From: a virus
Virus genome (UHGV): UHGV-0023958
DNA length: 64,000 bases
Direction: 5' to 3' (one strand)
The notes under the pieces: model-generated
What the model was told of the DNA's origin: nothing
Databases searched by the model: none
The model's input: the letters and a program-made list of their open reading frames with translations, nothing else
Translations under genes and position numbers: made by a program
Part shown: positions 55,022-62,522 of the stretch, in pieces
Numbering within the stretch: position 1 is the first letter of the stretch
Layout of the letters: every line of letters begins with the position of its first letter

Positions 55022-56227
55022 ATGGAAAACGTATTGATTGAATTTAAAAATAAAGCTAAAAAGCAAAACATTATTAAGGCAGGGTTGTGTTCTGTAGCAA
55101 TCTCCTTGTTATTTAATATTCCGTTTTTGATAGCTTTTTGGATTATGGATTATAAATATAAATTTATAATTTGCGCTGGAATTTTTATTGTCGGAATCTC
55201 CGTTTTGTTTCCAGTTTTATATTTCAAAAAGTTTAAATATACCGAAATTCAATTAGCAAAAATAATTGACGATCTTGGTTTAGAAGAACGTGTTTTGACA
55301 ATGATTGAATTAAAAGATAATAATTCTTTTATTGCAAAGAAGCAAAAAGAAGATACGTTGAACGTCCTGAAAACCGTAGAGGCGAATGATTTAAAAGGAA
55401 AATATAAAAAACAATCATTTCTTTCGATATTTTCAACTGCATTGGCATCTTTGGTAATTGCTTTATCTTTAATGTTTCCAAATATTAGAGAAACTATTAT
55501 CGCTCGCGGAGAACCAAAATATACAATTGAAGTGTCTGCAGAAGGTCTCGGTTTTGTGATTGATTATTCTAAATATGAAAATCAATCTTTGATAAATGCC
55601 GTTTCTAAAAAACAAGAACAAGATGAAATCAATAAAATTAACAATAAAGAAATAGTTGAATTAAAACAATTCCCGACTGTATTTTCAAATAGAATTTCCG
55701 TAAATTATAGATGTTTCGAAGATATTGATGCAACTATGGTTTTAGACGGTGCCAACTTTGCAGATGTTTCTTATAGAATACAATCCGATGAAACACATAT
55801 TTTAATGGCACTTCCTTATAAAGGATATGTGTTTGTTGGTTGGTCAGACGGTTGTGCTTCTCCGTTCAGAGAAATTGACAATTATTCCACCGACTTGATT
55901 GCATTGTTCGATGAAGTAAGTTCCGTAGGTGAAGACTTACCAGATAAACAAAAAGAACCGGGAGACAAAGATGGATCTGATGGTGGTGAGTCTGATGGAA
56001 TTGGACCCGAAGGAAATGGAACCGGTAAAACAAACAATGATAATAGTTGGGGCGATGGAGCGAAAGGTTCGCCAGCAAATCAAGTAATTAACGGTGAAAC
56101 TTATTATGGTGATATTTTTAATCAAAGCTATCAAGAGGCTGTTGAAAGAATAAAGAATGATACAAATTTAACAGATGCACAAAAGAAAGCTATAACTGAT
56201 TACTTTGAATCAATAAGAAAAAATTAA
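55022..56227 (+). CDS. membrane protein (two transmembrane helices) with a Gly/Asp-rich C-terminal region
   Basis: AAGGAGG site. Confidence 0.5.
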   Translation: MENVLIEFKNKAKKQNIIKAGLCSVAISLLFNIPFLIAFWIMDYKYKFIICAGIFIVGISVLFPVLYFKKFKYTEIQLAKIIDDLGLEERVLTMIELKDNNSFIAKKQKEDTLNVLKTVEANDLKGKYKKQSFLSIFSTALASLVIALSLMFPNIRETIIARGEPKYTIEVSAEGLGFVIDYSKYENQSLINAVSKKQEQDEINKINNKEIVELKQFPTVFSNRISVNYRCFEDIDATMVLDGANFADVSYRIQSDETHILMALPYKGYVFVGWSDGCASPFREIDNYSTDLIALFDEVSSVGEDLPDKQKEPGDKDGSDGGESDGIGPEGNGTGKTNNDNSWGDGAKGSPANQVINGETYYGDIFNQSYQEAVERIKNDTNLTDAQKKAITDYFESIRKN

Positions 56228-56240
56228 AGGAGTATTATTT

Positions 56241-57050
56241 ATGATACCTAATAAAACAAAAGCATCTGAATATAGGGTGCGGACATTAGATAGAAATGAT
56301 TTAAATGAGAAAGGAACGATTTATATTGGTTAGGGCGGTACTTCTACTATTGATAAAGTTGAAAATATTTCCAATGTAGCGGCAATTAGTAAGCCAGATG
56401 ATGATTTAAACAAATCTGGTTATTATGCTTTAACGCTTGGAGGAAATGCAAATCAAGATGGAATTTGGGGCAGATTTTTACATGAGGTAGATTGCCAAAT
56501 AACACCAACTTTATTTCAATTAAACGAAGGAGCGCCATCTCTTCATAATCCTTATAAATATGTAATTCGCGGTGGGTATAAGTCGTTAAATATTAAAAAA
56601 AGTATATTTGATTCAACACTTACATATATAATGGATTATAATTCAAATTTATCATCTTTTTCTTCTGTTGATTAGAAAATATTTGCAAAATTATCTATGA
56701 GGGGATTTGTAGAATATGATACTCCGTTTGAAGTATATTCTTCTTTTGTTGCCTCTCAGAAGACTGGAAGTTCTTGGGAGTTATATCCTTTGAATTTTTC
56801 ACCGATTAATATTACAAAATTAAACGATAATTATATGCGAAATTTCCAAAGCATTGTTTTTTGTTCAAATGATACACCGTGGCAAGAAACTGCGGATGGT
56901 TTTCAATTAAACCTTCATGCAATCGGTATGGGAAATACATTAGAAGAGCAAAAATTATATTATTAGAAAAATGGCACTGGTGAAATTCTAACTGCTAATC
57001 TATCAAATATTTCATAGATTAGAGTAACTCAAATGTCTATTATTTTTTAA
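56241..57050 (+). CDS. hypothetical protein with 4 in-frame TAG codons
   Basis: AAAGGAG site. Frame 0 is open to TAA at 57048, with TAGs at 56331, 56673, 56964 and 57015. The end abuts a terminator. Confidence 0.4.
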
Positions 57051-57061
57051 AATAAATTTTA

Positions 57062-57100
57062 AGAGGAGTGTCAAAATTACTTGACATTCCTCTTTTTTTA
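57062..57100 (+). terminator. Rho-independent terminator: 13-bp stem AGAGGAGTGTCAA/TTGACATTCCTCT followed by T7. Its 3' arm contains the -35 box of the next promoter.
   Basis: Read from the sequence. Confidence 0.6.
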
Positions 57101-57109
57101 TGGTAAAAT
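57081..57109 (+). promoter_or_regulatory. sigma-A type promoter: TTGACA, 17-nt spacer, TGgTAAAAT
   Basis: Overlaps the terminator stem. Confidence 0.45.
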
Positions 57110-57139
57110 ATCTTTGTAATAAAACACAAGGAGAATGTT

Positions 57140-57403
57140 ATGACAACAAAGCCAGTAATCAAAGAAAACTTTATTGAATTTCTTAAAACTAATTATCCAG
57201 AATGTTTTGAAAGCGGAACACCGATAGTAGAAAACGCTTTAGAAGCTTTGATTATATTAAAAAAGAGAGAGTATACAAAACAATTTTGTGCGTCGCTTTC
57301 AAAAGATGTTATGCAAGTTAAAACGAATAAGAAATTCAAAGATCAGTTAAAAGATATTGAATATAAAATTCGTAAAAATCATATTGATTTAGGAGAGAAT
57401 TAA
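57140..57403 (+). CDS. hypothetical protein (87 aa)
   Basis: AAGGAGA site. Confidence 0.5.
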   Translation: MTTKPVIKENFIEFLKTNYPECFESGTPIVENALEALIILKKREYTKQFCASLSKDVMQVKTNKKFKDQLKDIEYKIRKNHIDLGEN

Positions 57404-57726
57404 TGGAACAATTAAAAGAAAGACCTATATTTATAACCGCTAAACATGTTAAAAATACGTTGAATGGAAAGACTTACGGGGAGATTAGAGAGATTCTGGA
57501 AATCGATCCAGGAGAACATGAATTACTACCGAACGGAGAGAAAATTCCAGATGACGTAGTTTGTATTGTTAACAAATCTGAAGAATGGCCTTGCACTGGA
57601 GGTCTTGTAAACGTAGAAATTCGTTTCACCGTGGGAAACAAAGAATACGGGCAAATGCTTATGGCCAAACTTGGGCGTGTAACCTGTAGATTCACCCGTC
57701 CGCCTTTGGAAGCTTTAGAAGGTTAA
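57403..57726 (+). CDS. hypothetical protein (107 aa)
   Basis: GGAGAGA site; start overlaps the previous stop as TAATG. Confidence 0.5.
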   Translation: MEQLKERPIFITAKHVKNTLNGKTYGEIREILEIDPGEHELLPNGEKIPDDVVCIVNKSEEWPCTGGLVNVEIRFTVGNKEYGQMLMAKLGRVTCRFTRPPLEALEG

Positions 57727-57731
57727 AAATT

Positions 57732-58529
57732 ATGTCATTTCGTGAATTTTATAATGAAGATTGTTTTATAAATATGAAAGGGTTTAAAGATAAATCAATA
57801 AACCTTATTTTAACTTCTCCGTTTTATAATACGAATAAAAAAGCAGGGAAGAAAAATACGCTTGAAAACACAGAAATCAAAAAAGGAACATATTCTTATA
57901 TTAGATATGACGAACACGTCGATAATATGACGGACGAAGAATATGAAGATTTTACAAAAAGATTATTTAATGAATTTAATAGGATTGTTGTAAACAACGG
58001 TGTTGTTCTTTATAATCTTTCTTATAGCAACGATAATCCAGCAAATTTGTTTTCATTAGTTAATATGATTTGCGAAGAAACGAATTGGATGATTGCCGAT
58101 GTTATTGTTTGGAAAAAGAAAAGTGCTTTGCCGAATAATTGCTCTCCAAATCGCCTAACTCGTATCTTTGAGTTTATATTTGTTTTTTGCAGAAAAGGCG
58201 AAGAAAAAACTTTTTATGTAAATAAAAGGGTGATTTCATTACGCGCAACAGGGCAGAAATCGTATGAAAATATCTTTAATTTTGTCGAAGCGAAGAACAA
58301 TGACGGTCCGTGTCCGTTGAATAAAGCGACGTATTCAACTGATTTGTGCAAACAGTTACTTCGAATTTATGCAAATCCAGAAGACAAAGATTTTGTTGTT
58401 TACGATCCTTTTATGGGAACAGGGACAACTTTGGTTGCATGCAAGGAAATGGATATAAATTGTTTTGGTTGTGAAATTTCTAAAAAACAATGCGAGTGGA
58501 CGCAAAATCGCTTGACAAATCAAAACTAA
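57732..58529 (+). CDS. DNA methyltransferase, amino-MTase of N4-C/N6-A type with beta-class motif order
   Basis: Motif IV LILTSPFYN lies upstream of motif I DPFMGTGTT. Confidence 0.7.
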   Translation: MSFREFYNEDCFINMKGFKDKSINLILTSPFYNTNKKAGKKNTLENTEIKKGTYSYIRYDEHVDNMTDEEYEDFTKRLFNEFNRIVVNNGVVLYNLSYSNDNPANLFSLVNMICEETNWMIADVIVWKKKSALPNNCSPNRLTRIFEFIFVFCRKGEEKTFYVNKRVISLRATGQKSYENIFNFVEAKNNDGPCPLNKATYSTDLCKQLLRIYANPEDKDFVVYDPFMGTGTTLVACKEMDINCFGCEISKKQCEWTQNRLTNQN

Positions 58530-58540
58530 TGTGATATAAT
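58512..58540 (+). promoter_or_regulatory. sigma-A type promoter (TTGACA, 17-nt spacer, TGaTATAAT) for the suppressor tRNA
   Basis: -35 at 58512-58517 and -10 at 58535-58540; about 70 nt upstream of the tRNA. Confidence 0.5.
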
Positions 58541-58562
58541 ATATATGTTATAAACGCGTGAT

Positions 58563-58580
58563 GTCAAATCTAGATTTGAC
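58563..58580 (+). promoter_or_regulatory. perfect 18-bp palindrome GTCAAATCTAGATTTGAC between the promoter and the tRNA; candidate operator or leader hairpin
   Basis: Nine-plus-nine perfect inverted repeat. Confidence 0.4.
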
Positions 58581-58610
58581 AAAACGTGATTATATAAAAT
58601 TACTGTACAG

Positions 58611-58685
58611 TGGGGAATAGCATAACGGTAGTGCGGTGCTCTCTAAAAGCACTCTGTGTCGGTTCGAGCCCGACTTCCCCCGCCA
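58611..58685 (+). tRNA. amber suppressor tRNA, anticodon CUA (reads UAG), with Gln-like identity elements
   Basis: A manual cloverleaf gives a 7-bp acceptor with a T1·C72 mismatch. U8; D stem GCAT/GTGC with G18G19; anticodon stem GTGCT/AGCAC with loop CT-CTA-AA (U33, CUA at 58643-58645, A37); 5-nt variable loop; T arm GTCGG-TTCGAGC-CCGAC; G73; encoded CCA. G2-C71, G3-C70, G10, G73 and a weak 1:72 pair are the E. coli tRNA-Gln identity set. Confidence 0.8.
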
Positions 58686-58718
58686 GTAACGATTAAAAAT
58701 AAAATGGAGGTAATGCTT

Positions 58719-59093
58719 ATGTCGTAGATACGTGAATCTTGTTATTTTTATACTTAGAAGGCAGCATCTTATGTCGGGAGTAGAGATTATGAAATCAAAT
58801 ACGATCCCGGCGTTTTCGTTGTATTTTCTGAAGATTTTTATCCCTTGGACGATGACAAATACCAATCGTGTTTATGCAGGAGTTTGAATTTGGCGAACGA
58901 ATATAACACAAATGTTTCTTATTCAGACAAGGAAGATTTGGCCAAAGCAATTTATTTCGATTTATATCAGAAACCAGATGAAACCATTTTTGTCTGCGAA
59001 AATGATGCAATTGCCGATGTGGCAAACAGGTATTTTGGCGAAGATAGTATTATAAACATTAAAAAGGTAATTGAGGAATTTGAAGAAAAATGA
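58719..59093 (+). CDS. hypothetical protein with TAG at codons 3 and 13, directly downstream of the suppressor tRNA
   Basis: GGAGG site 8 nt upstream of ATG 58719. Frame 0 is open to TGA at 59091. A TTG start at 58845 is the shorter alternative. Confidence 0.35.
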
Positions 59094-59563
59094 ACAGAGA
59101 GTTTGTGAGAAATTTTAACAGAATCAATAAGAGCAATTATTCCAAACAAGATATTCAAACGATGATTGCACTGACGAATATTATGCAGGGTAAATTGTCG
59201 AAAGATATGGAACTCGGTTTTCCGAGTTTAAAACATTATGATAATCCAGAGTTATTTCCGAATGGAATGTTGGTCAAATTGAATTATGAAAAAATTAAAC
59301 AACGGAATCAAAATGATTTGACAGAAGATTATAAAAAGTTTGTTGAAGAAAACAAAGATAATGAATTTCATCTAATCAGAGATGACGAAGATACGGGGTT
59401 AGTTGCACTAGAAGAAGATAAAAGAAAAACCGTTCTCGATGGAAAAGAAGTTGATTGTCCAAAGTTCTTATTCGATATGCTTTCAGATTTGCTTGTAAAA
59501 GATAAAAATAATGATTGGGTACCAGCGTACGAGTTTGAAGGAAAATTTTTAGAAAAAAAATAA
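59090..59563 (+). CDS. hypothetical protein (157 aa)
   Basis: GAGGAA site; ATGA overlap with the previous stop. Confidence 0.5.
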   Translation: MNREFVRNFNRINKSNYSKQDIQTMIALTNIMQGKLSKDMELGFPSLKHYDNPELFPNGMLVKLNYEKIKQRNQNDLTEDYKKFVEENKDNEFHLIRDDEDTGLVALEEDKRKTVLDGKEVDCPKFLFDMLSDLLVKDKNNDWVPAYEFEGKFLEKK

Positions 59564-59582
59564 GAAAAGCGATTAAAAACAT

Positions 59583-59611
59583 TTGACAAAAAGATTTTAA
59601 AGTGATATAAT
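59583..59611 (+). promoter_or_regulatory. sigma-A type promoter (TTGACA, 17-nt spacer, TGaTATAAT) for the replication module
   Basis: Read from the sequence. Confidence 0.5.
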
Positions 59612-59662
59612 AAAGAAAAAATGCAATCCGAAAGATTGCAAGATTATAAGGAGAAGAAATTT

Positions 59663-60742
59663 ATGGCAATGAATTTTACCTTTGTAGGTAAACTGAAAGC
59701 AGTCAAAGACAATGAGAAGTTTAAAGGTTATGAAGTAAGAACTTTTGAATCTGGTTGGGTGCAGACGAATTTGAAATTTAATGCGGTGAATGGAAACAAT
59801 CGCCACATGTTTCAGATTAAAGCTGGTTATTGGGGTGATAAGGACGGTAATGTCAATGAGAGCAAGACCGTAATTTACGCACCAGTAACAAACGAAGAAA
59901 CACACAAGACAACGAGAACCAAAATTGCTTATGTGAACAGGGAAGATGAAAGTGTTTTGAAGTCCGTTAGCAAGGGTGGTAAATATGTTCTTGATCTTCG
60001 TACGGATGAAAACCCAGCTGGTTATAAGGAATATATTTTCGAGAAAGATTTTATCGATGATGTTAAGAAACACATTCTCGAAAACACAAGAGTGTCAGAT
60101 GTGAGATTCAGAGTTCTCGGCGAGGTAGAAATCACTTATTCAGAGAGCAAAGGAAACTTTTATAAGACATTTATTCCGAAGAAAATTTATCTTGCAAAGG
60201 ACACCGAAGAAGATAAAATGCAGATCAACGCAAAGCTTATTTATGGAAGAACCAGCCTCGAAGATGTTGCGGGAACTGATAATTTTGTGCTGAACGCATA
60301 CTCCAGATATTATGATAATTCTTATAGAGGCGATAATTGCAAAGGATATTGCTTCTGCCCTGTAGAAGTAAATATTGTTCCAAAGAATGAAAAGCAGAAA
60401 GATTTGTTCGTTAAGAGATTCCGTGAATTCGAAACCGATTCCAGCGAATACAGGGAAATCGGTATGGTTATTGATGTAATTGACGGACAGGAAATTGTGC
60501 GCGTTACAGAAGATATGCTCGGCGAAGAAGCGAAAGAAAATATTGAGTATGGTTTCTCGACTTTGGAAGAAGAGTTGAAGAAAGCTGGTGGAACGACTTA
60601 TGGACCTCGTATTACAGAGTACAGATTCAATAACTGGGGTTCTCCGAGCGAAGACACTGTTTATCAGGATGAAGATCTTCTTCCGCCACATCACGATGAC
60701 GAAGAGAAATCTGATGACATTTTCGAAGACGATGAAATTTAA
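59663..60742 (+). CDS. putative single-stranded DNA-binding protein with an acidic C-terminal tail
   Basis: AAGGAGAAG site. The C-terminus …DDEEKSDDIFEDDEI resembles an SSB-type tail. It is adjacent to a Sak4-like ATPase, which is the usual Gram-positive phage arrangement. Confidence 0.35.
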   Translation: MAMNFTFVGKLKAVKDNEKFKGYEVRTFESGWVQTNLKFNAVNGNNRHMFQIKAGYWGDKDGNVNESKTVIYAPVTNEETHKTTRTKIAYVNREDESVLKSVSKGGKYVLDLRTDENPAGYKEYIFEKDFIDDVKKHILENTRVSDVRFRVLGEVEITYSESKGNFYKTFIPKKIYLAKDTEEDKMQINAKLIYGRTSLEDVAGTDNFVLNAYSRYYDNSYRGDNCKGYCFCPVEVNIVPKNEKQKDLFVKRFREFETDSSEYREIGMVIDVIDGQEIVRVTEDMLGEEAKENIEYGFSTLEEELKKAGGTTYGPRITEYRFNNWGSPSEDTVYQDEDLLPPHHDDEEKSDDIFEDDEI

Positions 60743-60758
60743 GTGGAGATAAAAAATA

Positions 60759-61928
60759 ATGGCATTTGTTAAACCCCAAATTAATACGATTAAAGCTGAT
60801 ATTGCAAATATTTCGATTTATCTTCGTTCGACGAAGAAATTCGGTAAAACCACACTTTTCAGAGATGTAATTCTCGAAAAGTATGGAGATCCATCTTACG
60901 GTCTTCTTGTTGGTTGCGGCGCAGAAGTTGGTTATAAACTTCTCGACAATTTGAACTGTGTTCAGGTTACGAGTTGGGAAGATTTGGTAGAACTTAAAAA
61001 GTGGCTTATCGAAACCAACGGCGTAGAACATCATATTAAAATTGTCGCGTTCGATACTGGCGATGAACTTGTTTTGCTTGCAGATAAGAAAACGATTGCA
61101 ATTAGCAATAAGGAAAACCCTCAGAAACCTTGCCGTTCAATTAAGGCGGCAATGGGTGGTTATACCGCTGGCGAAAAGTATTCCGCGAACAATTTGATTA
61201 AGCCTTATCTTTCCGATTTGCAACAGCACGGTTTTGCAACGTGGGTAATTGCGCACACGAAGTTGAAGACGATTAAAGATAAAGGTGCGCTTGAAGAAGA
61301 TGGATATCAGCAGCTGACTTCCAATCTTTCCGCTGATTATGAAGCTGCGTTCGGTGATGTATTTGACGTATGTCTTACTGGCGTTATCGACAGAATGCTC
61401 GAAACAAAGCAGGTTGGCAATGATAAGAAGAATGTTGTTACCGATACGGAACGTAGACTTTATTTCCGTGGAACTCCAATGATCGATGCTGGCGGTAGAT
61501 TTGCAGCTGGTACGGTTCCCGAATATATGGTGTTCGACAAAGATAATATGGCAGCAGACTTTATTAAGATTGTTGAAGGTGGTATGGAAAAGTCAAAACT
61601 TTCTGGTTTTAAAGTAAAGGCAAAAGTAGAAGACAAACCAGTTGTTGAGGCAAAACCAGTTGTTAAACCCGTTGTGAACACGGCGGCTGAAGTTGAAGAA
61701 GATGAACCGCCTTTTGATGCCGATAGTTCGGCGAGTGAAGATGAAGAAGTTTATTCGCTGCCAGAAAGACTTGCGGCGGTTCGCGAAGCGTTTAAAAATG
61801 CTGGTAAAGAATTGAAAGATCAAGTTAAGGCAATTCTTATCGCGAATGGCAACGGTCAGGAAAAAGCAAAACTTGATAATCTTCCTGTTGAAGAGCTTGC
61901 AAAAGTAGAGGCCATCCTTGGTCTGTAA
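60759..61928 (+). CDS. Sak4/AAA_24-like RecA-fold ATPase (recombination/annealing)
   Basis: P-loop-like STKKFGKTTLF and a Walker-B-like IVAFDTGDEL; an acidic linker is also present. Confidence 0.4.
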   Translation: MAFVKPQINTIKADIANISIYLRSTKKFGKTTLFRDVILEKYGDPSYGLLVGCGAEVGYKLLDNLNCVQVTSWEDLVELKKWLIETNGVEHHIKIVAFDTGDELVLLADKKTIAISNKENPQKPCRSIKAAMGGYTAGEKYSANNLIKPYLSDLQQHGFATWVIAHTKLKTIKDKGALEEDGYQQLTSNLSADYEAAFGDVFDVCLTGVIDRMLETKQVGNDKKNVVTDTERRLYFRGTPMIDAGGRFAAGTVPEYMVFDKDNMAADFIKIVEGGMEKSKLSGFKVKAKVEDKPVVEAKPVVKPVVNTAAEVEEDEPPFDADSSASEDEEVYSLPERLAAVREAFKNAGKELKDQVKAILIANGNGQEKAKLDNLPVEELAKVEAILGL

Positions 61929-61985
61929 TTAGAACAATTATAAGGGCGAGATTTTTCTCGCCCTGTAATAAACATCGGAGAGAAT

Positions 61986-62522
61986 ATGGCACTTGGTTAT
62001 TGTAAATGTGGTTGTGGGCAAATGTTGGAAACAACAACGAGTTATTCGATTAAATTACCCACAAATAAGAAACTTTATTTTGTAAATGCGGATCATTATG
62101 GGAAATGGAAAGAAAACGCCGCAGTCGGAAAAACAAAAGTTAATGAAGAAGAGCTTTCTCCGATTTATGATTTAGTTGCAGATATTATTGGCAAAAAATT
62201 AGATACTAAAACAATGTTATGGAAATATTATGTGCAATGGAAAAAAATTGCAGATAAGGACACGTTGCTTTATTATCTTAAATCTGAAAAGTGGAATTTG
62301 CAGAAAATATTCCAAAAGAAAGACATTTATACTGCTTATGCGAGTTTGCAATATTTGAACGGAATTATCAATAATAATTTGCCGAATTATAAAGTAGAAG
62401 CAGAGGCACTCGCTCCCAAGCAAGATGATATGGATGTAAAAGAGAATAAGGGAAGTTATGCAGAAACTAATTCTAAACGCAAAAAATCACTTGCTGAATT
62501 GGAGGAAGAGGCTGAATGTTAA
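61986..62522 (+). CDS. hypothetical protein with an N-terminal CKCGCG zinc-binding motif
   Basis: GGAGAGA site. Confidence 0.5.
   Translation: MALGYCKCGCGQMLETTTSYSIKLPTNKKLYFVNADHYGKWKENAAVGKTKVNEEELSPIYDLVADIIGKKLDTKTMLWKYYVQWKKIADKDTLLYYLKSEKWNLQKIFQKKDIYTAYASLQYLNGIINNNLPNYKVEAEALAPKQDDMDVKENKGSYAETNSKRKKSLAELEEEAEC

Noticed and set aside
58576-58600. A second TTGACA hexamer at 58576-58581 as an alternative tRNA promoter
   Set aside because: No -10 element sits at acceptable spacing. The hexamer is just the right half of the 18-bp palindrome.
59597-61034. Three minus-strand ORFs of 135-184 aa (59597-60073, 60140-60694, 60627-61034)
   Set aside because: They are antisense to the SSB-like and Sak4-like genes, have low-complexity translations and no ribosome-binding sites. 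Every other gene in the window is on the + strand.
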